From an uncultured Acidobacteriota bacterium (GTDB lineage Bacteria; Acidobacteriota; UBA6911): DNA of 64,000 bases. Both the position numbers and the translations under genes were made by a program. The notes beneath the pieces are model-generated. The model worked only from the letters and a program-made list of their open reading frames with translations. It ran no database searches and was not told the DNA's origin. This document shows, in pieces, positions 32,965 through 41,838 of the stretch. Positions within the stretch are counted from its first letter, which is position 1. Each line of letters opens with the position of its first letter. The stretch covers positions 32,001 to 96,000 of the forward strand of contig CAWHCF010000023.1 of the NCBI GenBank assembly GCA_963827655.1. Reading direction: 5' to 3'.

Positions 32965-35433
32965 ATGCACGATTTGCGTCTCGCCTATCGCGCGCTCCGC
33001 GCGACCCCACTGGTTTCGATCGTGGCAATGCTGTCCCTGGCGCTTGGCATCGGCGCCAACACTGCCATCTTCTCCATCGTCGACAGCCTGCTCTTGCGCG
33101 CGCTCCCCGTGAAGCAGCCCGAGCGGCTCGTCCTGCTCGCCTACGAAAACGATCTTCCCACCGCCTGGACCAACCCGATCTGGGAGCAGATCCGCGACCG
33201 GCCTGATCTCTTCGACGGCGCCCTTGCGTGGTCGTCCACGCGCTTCGATCTTGCCCAGGGCGGCCAGACCGAATTCGTCGACGGCATCTGGGCCAGCGGA
33301 CGCTTCTTCGACGTGCTGGGCGTGCCGGCGATCCTCGGCCGCACCTTCACCGAGGCCGACGACCGGCGCGGCGGCGGTCCTGACGGCGCGGTCGCGGTCA
33401 TCAGCTACAACTTCTGGCAGAGCCGGTTCGGAGGCGCGGCCGACGTGATCGGCCGGTCGCTCACGGTGTCGCGCATACCGTACACGATCGTCGGTGTCGC
33501 CGGCCCCGACTTCTTCGGTCCGGACGTGGGCCGCACCTTCGACGTCGTGATCCCGCTCGGCACCGAGCCTCTGGTCCGCGGAAAAGAAAGCAGCCTGGAT
33601 CACCGGTCGAACTGGTGGTTGAGCGTGATGGCGCGGCTGAAACAGGGGCAGACAGTCGGGTCGGCAATCGCCTCGCTGCGCGCTGTGCAACCGCAGATTC
33701 GCGAGGCGACGATGCCGCAAAAATGGCGGCCGGAGCATAAGGCGAGCTACCTTAATCAGTCGCTGACCCTGAAGCCGGCAGCGACCGGCGCATCCGGGCT
33801 TCGGCGCCGCTATCAGCGGCCGCTCCTGACGATTCTGGTGGTGGTCGGGCTCGTGCTGCTCATAGCCTGCGCGAACATCGCGAACCTGCTGCTTGCCCGG
33901 GCGACCGCGCGCCGGCACGAACTGAGCGTGCGGCTTGCGCTGGGCGCCTCGCGCCTGCGGCTCGCGCGGCAACTGCTGGCCGAGAGTCTCCTGCTGTCAG
34001 GGATGGGCGCGGCGCTCGGCCTGGTCTTCGCGCAGTGGGGCAGCCGCCTGCTGGTCAGCCAGCTCTCCACGCAGACGAACTACGTGTTCCTTGACCTGTC
34101 GCTCGATGGGCGCGTGCTCGGATTCACCGCCGCGGTCGCGATCGGCACCGCGGTGCTGTTCGGCACGGCCCCGGCTTTCCAGGCCGCGCGCGTGCCGCCG
34201 ATCGAGGCCATGAAGGAGCACGGACGCGGGGTCAGCGGCGACGCTCGCGCGAGTCTCGGCAGCGCACTGGTCATCGCCCAGGTCGCCCTCTCGCTCCTGC
34301 TCGTCGTGGCAGCCGGACTCTTCATCCGCACCTTCGCCAGCCTCGCGAACCTGAACCTCGGGTTCGACCGCAACGGCGTCCTCGTCGTTACAATAAACGC
34401 TCAGCGGCTCCAGCTCGAGCCGGCGGCGCGCGCCGCGCTGTACGAGCGCGTGCGGCAGGCGGTTCTGCCTGTGCCGGGCGTCGCAAACCTGGGATTGTCC
34501 GTTATCACACCTGTGAGTGGAAGCGCGTGGAATGACCTGATCGTGCTTCCGGACGGCCCTCCGCTGGCGGAACGGGATCGCATTGCCTACTCCAACATGG
34601 TCAGCCCGGGGTGGTTCGCAACCTACGGGACGCCCATCCGTACCGGCCGTGATTTCACAGAAGCCGACCGAGCGGGCGCGCCGCGCGTGGCGATCGTCAA
34701 CGAGACCTTCGCGCGGCGCTACTTCAATGGCCAGAACCCTATCGGGCGAACGTTCAAGCTGATGGACCGTCCGGACAAGCCCGCTCCTCTGATGGAGATC
34801 GTCGGCCTGGCCGGCGACGCCGTCTATCGCTCACTGCGCGATCCGGTGCCGCCGACGATGTACTTCCCGATTCCGCAGGTGGATGAGCCGCCCTCGTCGA
34901 TGAGCCTCAGCGTGCGCGCGGCCGGCCGATCACCCGCGCTGCTGACCCGCAGCGTGGCCGCAGCCATAGGCGACGTCAATCGCGACTTGTCGCTCACCTT
35001 CCGACCCCTGGCAGATCAAGTCAACGCGGCGGTGATTCAGGAACGCCTGGTCGCGATGCTCTCCGGCTTTTTCGGGGCGCTGGCGCTGCTCCTGGCGGGA
35101 CTCGGCCTGTACGGCGTCACCTCGTACGCGGTGAGCCGCCGTCGCACGGAAATCGGCATCCGCATGGCGCTCGGCGCGGCGCCCGCCGGCGTCGTGCGCC
35201 TGGTCCTGCGGCGTGTCGCGGTCCTGGTGGGAATGGGAGTGATAGCGGGCGCCGGCGCCAGCCTGTGGGCGTCTCGATTCGTCGCGACGCTGCTGTACGG
35301 AACGCAGCCCTGGGACGTGTCAACGCTGACCGCAGCAATAGCGGTGCTCGCGGCCATCGGCGCGCTGGCCGGCTTTCTGCCGGCGCGGCGGGCGGCCAGG
35401 ATCGATCCGGCTCGAGTCTTGCGCGAGGGATGA
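32965..35433 (+). CDS. ABC permease, ADOP (acidobacterial duplicated orphan permease) family
   Basis: LALGIGANTAIFS, LLIACANIANLLLAR, RRTEIGIRMALGA, PARRAARIDP; no ATPase partner nearby. Confidence 0.93.
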   Translation: MHDLRLAYRALRATPLVSIVAMLSLALGIGANTAIFSIVDSLLLRALPVKQPERLVLLAYENDLPTAWTNPIWEQIRDRPDLFDGALAWSSTRFDLAQGGQTEFVDGIWASGRFFDVLGVPAILGRTFTEADDRRGGGPDGAVAVISYNFWQSRFGGAADVIGRSLTVSRIPYTIVGVAGPDFFGPDVGRTFDVVIPLGTEPLVRGKESSLDHRSNWWLSVMARLKQGQTVGSAIASLRAVQPQIREATMPQKWRPEHKASYLNQSLTLKPAATGASGLRRRYQRPLLTILVVVGLVLLIACANIANLLLARATARRHELSVRLALGASRLRLARQLLAESLLLSGMGAALGLVFAQWGSRLLVSQLSTQTNYVFLDLSLDGRVLGFTAAVAIGTAVLFGTAPAFQAARVPPIEAMKEHGRGVSGDARASLGSALVIAQVALSLLLVVAAGLFIRTFASLANLNLGFDRNGVLVVTINAQRLQLEPAARAALYERVRQAVLPVPGVANLGLSVITPVSGSAWNDLIVLPDGPPLAERDRIAYSNMVSPGWFATYGTPIRTGRDFTEADRAGAPRVAIVNETFARRYFNGQNPIGRTFKLMDRPDKPAPLMEIVGLAGDAVYRSLRDPVPPTMYFPIPQVDEPPSSMSLSVRAAGRSPALLTRSVAAAIGDVNRDLSLTFRPLADQVNAAVIQERLVAMLSGFFGALALLLAGLGLYGVTSYAVSRRRTEIGIRMALGAAPAGVVRLVLRRVAVLVGMGVIAGAGASLWASRFVATLLYGTQPWDVSTLTAAIAVLAAIGALAGFLPARRAARIDPARVLREG

Positions 35434-35502
35434 CTTCGTGTCCTGGTGTCCTGGTGGTATTTGTTTCGCAGCGCCAACCACAAAGACACGAAGACGCCAA
35501 GG
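35433..35502. repeat. Inverted arrays of 8-mer CACNAAGA between convergent genes (possible bidirectional terminator)
   Basis: acttcgtg tcctggtg tcctggtg ... cacaaaga cacgaaga cgccaagg. Confidence 0.65.
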
Positions 35503-36852
35503 TCAGGGCGTCCTGCGGGACCCGCCCGAACGCCCCGCGCCTCGGGTCCCATCCCAGCGGGGATCACCGGACGTGGTATAGTCCGGCGGCAGCGTGTTCC
35601 AGTCGGGCCGGCCCAGGCCATTGAAGTCGTAGACCACCTTTCCGTTGCGCAGCGTCATCTCGCAGGTCAGCCGCTGGTTGCCTCGCAGGCGGGCGCCGTG
35701 CATGTCGAGGTAGCCGAAGCTACCCTTCTCCAGCCGCAGCACCGCCACGTCGGCCGGCGACCCGACCGAGAGGTTGCCGAGTTCCTCGCGCTGGATCTCC
35801 CGCGCCGGGTTCCAGGTCGAGCGCGCGATGATGTCATCGACCGACAGCCCCAGGGCCAGAAACTTGCTCATCACGTTCAGCATGTCCTTCATGCCGGCGT
35901 TCATGCTTCCCGTGTGCAGATCGGTCGAGATGGAATCGGGAAGGAAGCCTTCCTTGATGGCCGGCACCGCAACGCGCCAGACGAAGCTGCCGCCGCCATG
36001 CCCGACGTCGAAGATCACGCCGCGCTTGCGTCCCTCGTAGAGCGCGGGGTTCAGGCGGCCGGTCGAGGCGTCGAGCTCCGCCCGCAGTCCGGAGTACACG
36101 TGCGTGTAGATGTCGCCTTTTCGCAGCTTCCGTGTGACCGCCTCGGCCATCGAGCGCTCGGCCGATGCCCGGCCAAAATCGACCATGATCGGGATCTTTG
36201 CGATGGTTCCCGCCTCGACGCTCCGCTCGATAGGCGCCCACTCCGGCCCGCTGTAGTGCGCCGTCTTGATCCCGACGATCACGTCCTTGTGCTTGAGCGC
36301 CATCTCGGCCGACGGCTTCGCCTCCATGTCGGCGAGATCCTGCTCGTACTTCCCGCCGCGCATCCCGTGGCCGACGATGTTCAGGAACGCCAGTACGCGC
36401 GTCCGCGACCGGTCGATGATCCGGTCCTTGAAATCCGGGAAGTTGCGCCACCCCGAGCTGCCGGCGTCCACCACGGTCGTGACGCCCGACCGGAACGTGA
36501 ATCCGTCCGGGTAGACGCTGTTGTCGCCCGCGTAGGAACCTCTCTCGCCCGTCCCGGCGTAGACGTGAACGTGGATATCGATGAGTCCCGGGGTGATGTA
36601 AAGGCCGGAAACGTCGATGACCTTGAACGCGCGGGACGGCTCGATCTTGGACTCGACCGCCGCGATCTTGCCGTCCTGAATGGCGACGTCGCGCACGGCG
36701 CTGATTTTGTTTTTGGCATCGATCACGTGGCCTCCGCGCAACAGCAGGTCATACTGCGCCTGCTGTGCCGGCGCCACGGCCGACAAAAGTATCGTCAGGA
36801 ACAGCGCCGCGAGCGGTAACGCCGGGCGCCTGAAACTCTGTTTGCTTGTCAT
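35503..36852 (-). CDS. Exported amidohydrolase/deacetylase (dihydroorotase-like EF_0837 type)
   Basis: PGLIDIHVH, GVTTVVDAGSSG, FDVGHGGGSF, ISTDLH; signal peptide. Confidence 0.88.
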   Translation of the reverse strand: MTSKQSFRRPALPLAALFLTILLSAVAPAQQAQYDLLLRGGHVIDAKNKISAVRDVAIQDGKIAAVESKIEPSRAFKVIDVSGLYITPGLIDIHVHVYAGTGERGSYAGDNSVYPDGFTFRSGVTTVVDAGSSGWRNFPDFKDRIIDRSRTRVLAFLNIVGHGMRGGKYEQDLADMEAKPSAEMALKHKDVIVGIKTAHYSGPEWAPIERSVEAGTIAKIPIMVDFGRASAERSMAEAVTRKLRKGDIYTHVYSGLRAELDASTGRLNPALYEGRKRGVIFDVGHGGGSFVWRVAVPAIKEGFLPDSISTDLHTGSMNAGMKDMLNVMSKFLALGLSVDDIIARSTWNPAREIQREELGNLSVGSPADVAVLRLEKGSFGYLDMHGARLRGNQRLTCEMTLRNGKVVYDFNGLGRPDWNTLPPDYTTSGDPRWDGTRGAGRSGGSRRTP

Positions 36853-37735
36853 TTGGGGTTGCCCTGCCTTTTCTTGATGTATTCCTCGAGCTCCTTGGCC
36901 AGCGCCGGGTCGCGCGGCCGGCCATAGATCTCGCTCGACTTGTATTTACGCGTGTCAAACTTCTGCTTCATCCATTCGTCGCGAATCTGAGTGCTTTCGG
37001 CCGCCTTGACCACCTCCTCGGCTAGCTGGGGCGGGATGAACAGAAGCCCGTGCCCGTCGCCCAGCACCACGTCCCCAGGCATGACCGTGGCCTCCCCTAC
37101 CCGAATCGGCACATTGATGCCCGTCAGCATCACGTTGCCGAGCGAGGACGGGTGCGTGCCGCGATAGTAGGCGGGCATCCCGCTCTTTTCGATGTTGGGC
37201 AGCCAGAACATCGCGCCGTCGACGACGAGGCCCGTGCCGGTCGTCCTCCAGATGTAGTGCGCCAGCTTGTCGCCGACGAAGGTCCCGCTCTCGATCTTGC
37301 CATAGAGGTCGACGACCGCTACGTCGCCGGCTCCAGCATATCGATGACCGTCTGGTTCCGGAGCGCCGGTTGATTCTTCGCCTTCCTTGCGGCCTCCATC
37401 GCCTCGGCGACATCAGCCCGCACGGGCATGAACTGCACGGTGACGGCCCGGCCGACAAGCTTCGTCCCTGAATTCAGGACCTTCCAGTCCCCCTCGTACT
37501 GGTTGGGAAAGCCCTTGCCGCGCAGCAGCCCCCAGCCCTCTTCGATCAGCACGTTTTTGAGCTTCTCGATGACGGCGTCCGGCACCTTCGGCCGGCCGTC
37601 CGGAAAACGCTCGTAAGGGCTCTTGGTCGTGTACTCCATCATTTGCTCGCGAGTGAAGGTGAAGACCTGGGCCCGCCCGAGCTCCGCTCCCAGGAAGAGA
37701 ATCACCACCATCGTCCATAAGCTGCGCGCGTCCAT
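36849..37735 (-). CDS. RraA/HMG-aldolase-like protein with signal peptide (frameshift near 37320)
   Basis: LVGRAVTVQFMP, VVDGA, VMPGDVVLGDGHGLLFIP; signal peptide ending AQ. Confidence 0.8.
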
Positions 37736-37831
37736 GCTTGCCTCCAACGATCGGCTTTACCTGAATATGTGCCCCGCATTATACGTGCTTTGTGTCTTCG
37801 CGTCCTAGTGGCGGTTTTGTTTTTACGGTGT

Positions 37832-37861
37832 TTGACAAGGCTTCCGCCCCGGGACTAGACT
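37832..37861 (+). promoter_or_regulatory. Sigma70 promoter of the TonB-dependent receptor
   Basis: TTGACA-N18-TAGACT, then SD AAGGAGG before ATG 37892. Confidence 0.6.
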
Positions 37862-37891
37862 CGCTCCACTCCGTCGAAGGAGGACAATCCG

Positions 37892-40800
37892 ATGAAACTC
37901 ACCAGCGTGCTCCTGGCATGCGCCTGCATTCTTCTCTATTCCATTGCGCTGCCGGCCCAGAGTGCCACGGGACAGATCAGCGGGACGGTCTTCGATCCCA
38001 GCGGCGCCCTGATTCCGGGTGCTTCGATTAAAGTGACCAGTGTCGGAACGGGCGTGACGCGCGAGGCCGCGGCCGGCGTCAATGGCACCTTCGTGGTTCC
38101 CTCCCTCCCGGCCGGCATGTACATCGTGCAGGTCGAAATGCCGGGCTTCCGGACCTACGTCGTGCAGAACGTCGAGGTCACGGTCGGCGCCGACTACTCG
38201 CTGCGCGTCGTCATGGAGACGGGATCGGTCGACTCCACCATCACGGTGACCGCAAGCGCGGTGCAGGTCCAGACCTCCGAGGCCTCCGTGTCGAACCTGG
38301 TCGACGAGAAGACCCTGGTGACGCTGCCGCTGAACCGGCGCAACCCGCTCCACCTGCTGAGCCTGATCCCGGGCGTCGTCGGCCACAGCGCCGAGGCGAC
38401 CACCGCGACCGGCACCGTGACCCACTACGTCAACGGAGACCGCGGGCGCGGCGTCCTGACCACGCTCGACGGCATCGATATCTCGGACCCGATCATCCCG
38501 CGCGGCGAGCTGACCAACGCGCCGGTGAACCCCGACATGGTCCAGGAGTTTCGCGTCACGACGGCGCTGGCGCGCGCCGAATACGGGCGCAACAGCGGCG
38601 CCCAGATCGAAATGATCACCAAGAGCGGGACCAACGAGCTGCACGGCAACGCCTACGAGTTTTTGCGCAACACGGCGCTGGACGCCAACAGCTTCTTCAA
38701 CAACCACCTCCCCGACCCGATCACGAGATCCGCGCCGATCCCGCGCGAGCTCCTGCAGCAGAACCAGTTTGGCGCCGCCGTGGGAGGTCCGATCATCAAG
38801 AACAAGATGTTCTACTTCTTCAACTACGAGGGGATAAGGCGGAAGCAGGCCTTTCTGACCTCGAGCACGGTCTTCACTCCTGCGGCGCGCCAGGGAATCT
38901 TCCGTTTCGTGCGCGGAAACATAACGCTATCGGACGGCCGCGTCTTCAACCGGCTCAACCCGGCCCTGGTCGATCCGGGAAGCGGCTCGGTCCGCGGCGA
39001 CGTCCCCCTTTGCGGCGGCTCGGTCGCGACCGATTGCCTCGACACCTACAACATCGTCGCCAGCGACCCGCGCCGGTTGGGCCTCGATCCCGTCATGCAG
39101 CAACTGATCAATCTTTATCCGGCGCCGAACGACTACACCACCGGCGACGGCCTCAACACGGCCTTCTTCCGCTGGAACTCGCCCAGCGAGGCGCCGGCGG
39201 ACGTCTACGCCGGGAAAGTGGATTACATCTTCAACTCGCGCTACGAGATGTTCGCGCGTTACAACCTGGCCTGGCGCAACGATCTCATCGGGGACTTCAT
39301 CAACGACGCGCTCGGCCGCACGCCGCGAACCGTGCCGGCGCGCTCGCGGCTCTCGCGCAACCAGGGGGCCGCGGCCGGTTTCAAGATGATCTGGTCGCCG
39401 AGCCTGCTCAACGATCTGCGCTTCGGCTTCACGCGCACTTCGCTGCAGTTTGTCGACACCACGCATCCAATCCGATCCGGAGCCGATGACTTCGGCAAGG
39501 TCCCGGAACTGCGCACGACGGCGATGAACACGCCGTTCGTCTACTGGGGAGGCACGTTCCGCTACCCCGAGCACTTCCAGCTGCGCGACGGCATCAGCTG
39601 GCAGCGGGGACCGCACGCGCTCCGCTTCGGCGGCGACCTCCGGTTCTATCGCTTCAACAACCGGCGTGACGTCGGTTCGAACCCGCAAGGAAGCGGCATC
39701 AGCGTGTTTCCCAGCGTCCGGTTCACCGAAGGCGTGGTGCCGTTTACCGGCACGACGCCGCTCAACGTTGTACCCAACGCGACCGACCGCACCACGCTGG
39801 AACGCATGTACAACGAGCTCCTCGGGATTGCGGCCCAGGTGGACCAGATCATGTACAGCGACGGAAGCCAGTACGCTCCCGGCAACGGTCTGATCATGTA
39901 CCAGCGCCAGCGCGAATACTCCCTCTACTTCCAGGACGACTGGCGCCTGCATCGACGCTTCACGCTGAACCTGGGGCTGCGCTACGAGCTGTTCGGCGTT
40001 CCATACGATGATGGCGGGCTGCAGGTCGTCCCCGACAAGCCGCTCCAGCAGGGTCCCGTCACCTTTCTGAAGGCCGGGCCGGGAACGGGCCGGCAGTGGT
40101 ACGGCTCCGACACCAATGACCTGGCGCCGGCCCTCGGCTTTGCCTGGGACTTCATGGGCGACGGACGCACGGCGCTGCGCGGAGGCTACCGCATCAACTA
40201 CAACCGGCTGGTCGCGTGGGCCCTGAACGTCGTCGAGCAGCGCCAGCCTGCGATCGGACTCGACCCGCAGATCCGCGGCGAGTGCCGAGATCCGAATACC
40301 GGCGCTTTCGGCGCCTGCGGCGGCGCCTTCTCAGACCCGCTGCGGCTGCCCGAGATCGCGCAACACCCGCGCGTGGTAGTCAACGACGGACTCCCGAGCC
40401 TCCGGTCGCCGGTGCCGAACCAGATCAACGCGACCCCGCCGGACACGCGCCGCGAGTCTCCCTTCTTCTTCGCCGACGACTTCCGCTCGGCCAAGGTGCA
40501 CCAGTTCTCGCTCTCGCTACAGCGCGAGCTGGCGGCCAATACGGTGCTCGAAGTCGGCTACATCGGAAGCCGCGGGCTCGGCCTGTTCCGTTTCCTGAAC
40601 GTGGACGACATTGAAATCCGTTCCAATGGCTTCCTCCAGGAGTTCGTCAACGCCAGGAAAAACCTGGAAGTGTGCCGCGCCAACCCGGCCGCCTGCCGGA
40701 CCGCCGCCGGGAGCACGTCTGCCACCTTCGCGAGCTTCGCGGACCTCGGCCTGCCGGGTCAGGTTCCGGTGCCGATCTTCACCTCCCTCTTCTCGGCGAC

Positions 40801-41761
40801 CGGCTCGCGCACCGCTGCCGGGTTCACCGATGCCACCAGCCTCACGAACCTCGACCAGAACAACATTGGCACCCTGGCCGACCGGATGGACAAGAGCCAG
40901 GGCGGGAGCCGCGGCCCCCTGGCTGCCTTCGCCCGCGACAACTTCTTCCGGCCCAACCCCCAGTTCGACGTGGCGGGGCTCGGCGCGTCGGTCTCGCGTT
41001 CCTGGTACAACTCGCTCCAGCTGCAGATCCGGAGCAACTACCGCAACCTTCTGCAATACGCGTTCAACTACACCTTCCAGAAGTCGATCGACGACACCTC
41101 GAACGAGACCGTCGCCGCCGGCACGGCTTTCGACTTTCCCTACGACTCGAAGAACCTCCGGCTGAACCGCGCTCGCTCGGACTTCGATGTCAGCCAGGTC
41201 TTCCGCGGCTATGCCATTTACGACCTGCCCGTCGGCCGGGGCCGCCGCTTCGGCTCCTCGCTCCATCCGGTGTTCGATCAGATCGTGGGCGGCTGGCAGG
41301 TCAATACGATCATCGATATCTCGACGGGCTTTCCGTTCACGGTCAGCTCCGGCAGCCAGACTAACGGCTACTTCACCGCGTCACCGGCAGACTGCGGCGC
41401 CGGCGGTCGCGGGACGGCGAACGTTGACAAGAACGACGCGCGCGGCGGGGTCTGGCTTTTGGGTGCGGACGATTCGAGCAACCTCAGCATTCCGGCGGCC
41501 GGCATGCTCGGCAGCTGCGGGCGCAACACCTTCACCGGCGCGGGCTATACCCAGTTCGATTTCGGCATCTTCAAGAGCTTCCGGATGAGCGAGCGCTCGA
41601 GGCTCGATTTCCGGGCCGAGATGTTCAATGCCTTCAACCAGGCGAATTTCAACAATCCGACCGAAGCCAACCGGAGCATCCAGAGCGCCACGTTCGGCAA
41701 GGTCACGAGCCTGCGGGCGCCGAACCGGGTGATGCAGTTCGCATTGAAGCTGATTTTTTGA
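37892..41761 (+). CDS. TonB-dependent receptor with carboxypeptidase-regulatory-like N-domain
   Basis: Signal peptide, GTVFDPSG, KSGTNELHG, FQDDWR..NLGLRYE, C-terminal RVMQFALKLIF. Confidence 0.92.
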   Translation: MKLTSVLLACACILLYSIALPAQSATGQISGTVFDPSGALIPGASIKVTSVGTGVTREAAAGVNGTFVVPSLPAGMYIVQVEMPGFRTYVVQNVEVTVGADYSLRVVMETGSVDSTITVTASAVQVQTSEASVSNLVDEKTLVTLPLNRRNPLHLLSLIPGVVGHSAEATTATGTVTHYVNGDRGRGVLTTLDGIDISDPIIPRGELTNAPVNPDMVQEFRVTTALARAEYGRNSGAQIEMITKSGTNELHGNAYEFLRNTALDANSFFNNHLPDPITRSAPIPRELLQQNQFGAAVGGPIIKNKMFYFFNYEGIRRKQAFLTSSTVFTPAARQGIFRFVRGNITLSDGRVFNRLNPALVDPGSGSVRGDVPLCGGSVATDCLDTYNIVASDPRRLGLDPVMQQLINLYPAPNDYTTGDGLNTAFFRWNSPSEAPADVYAGKVDYIFNSRYEMFARYNLAWRNDLIGDFINDALGRTPRTVPARSRLSRNQGAAAGFKMIWSPSLLNDLRFGFTRTSLQFVDTTHPIRSGADDFGKVPELRTTAMNTPFVYWGGTFRYPEHFQLRDGISWQRGPHALRFGGDLRFYRFNNRRDVGSNPQGSGISVFPSVRFTEGVVPFTGTTPLNVVPNATDRTTLERMYNELLGIAAQVDQIMYSDGSQYAPGNGLIMYQRQREYSLYFQDDWRLHRRFTLNLGLRYELFGVPYDDGGLQVVPDKPLQQGPVTFLKAGPGTGRQWYGSDTNDLAPALGFAWDFMGDGRTALRGGYRINYNRLVAWALNVVEQRQPAIGLDPQIRGECRDPNTGAFGACGGAFSDPLRLPEIAQHPRVVVNDGLPSLRSPVPNQINATPPDTRRESPFFFADDFRSAKVHQFSLSLQRELAANTVLEVGYIGSRGLGLFRFLNVDDIEIRSNGFLQEFVNARKNLEVCRANPAACRTAAGSTSATFASFADLGLPGQVPVPIFTSLFSATGSRTAAGFTDATSLTNLDQNNIGTLADRMDKSQGGSRGPLAAFARDNFFRPNPQFDVAGLGASVSRSWYNSLQLQIRSNYRNLLQYAFNYTFQKSIDDTSNETVAAGTAFDFPYDSKNLRLNRARSDFDVSQVFRGYAIYDLPVGRGRRFGSSLHPVFDQIVGGWQVNTIIDISTGFPFTVSSGSQTNGYFTASPADCGAGGRGTANVDKNDARGGVWLLGADDSSNLSIPAAGMLGSCGRNTFTGAGYTQFDFGIFKSFRMSERSRLDFRAEMFNAFNQANFNNPTEANRSIQSATFGKVTSLRAPNRVMQFALKLIF

Positions 41762-41838
41762 TTTCGACCGGAGCGGGCGGCTTCGTGGGCCTGAGCGCTC
41801 GTGAATCGGACAGAACGGCAGAACATGCCGCTCGATTG

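Noticed and set aside
32173-36308. Diversity-generating retroelement template/variable repeat pair
   Set aside because: No reverse transcriptase in the window; the target is mid-gene in an enzyme; mismatches are mostly synonymous and the adenines are in the gene copy, opposite to DGR polarity.
35446-36819. Long antisense ORFs (also 16564-17517, 38927-39952, 48300-49313, 54116-55114)
   Set aside because: Shadows of real genes in GC-rich DNA; no protein motifs.
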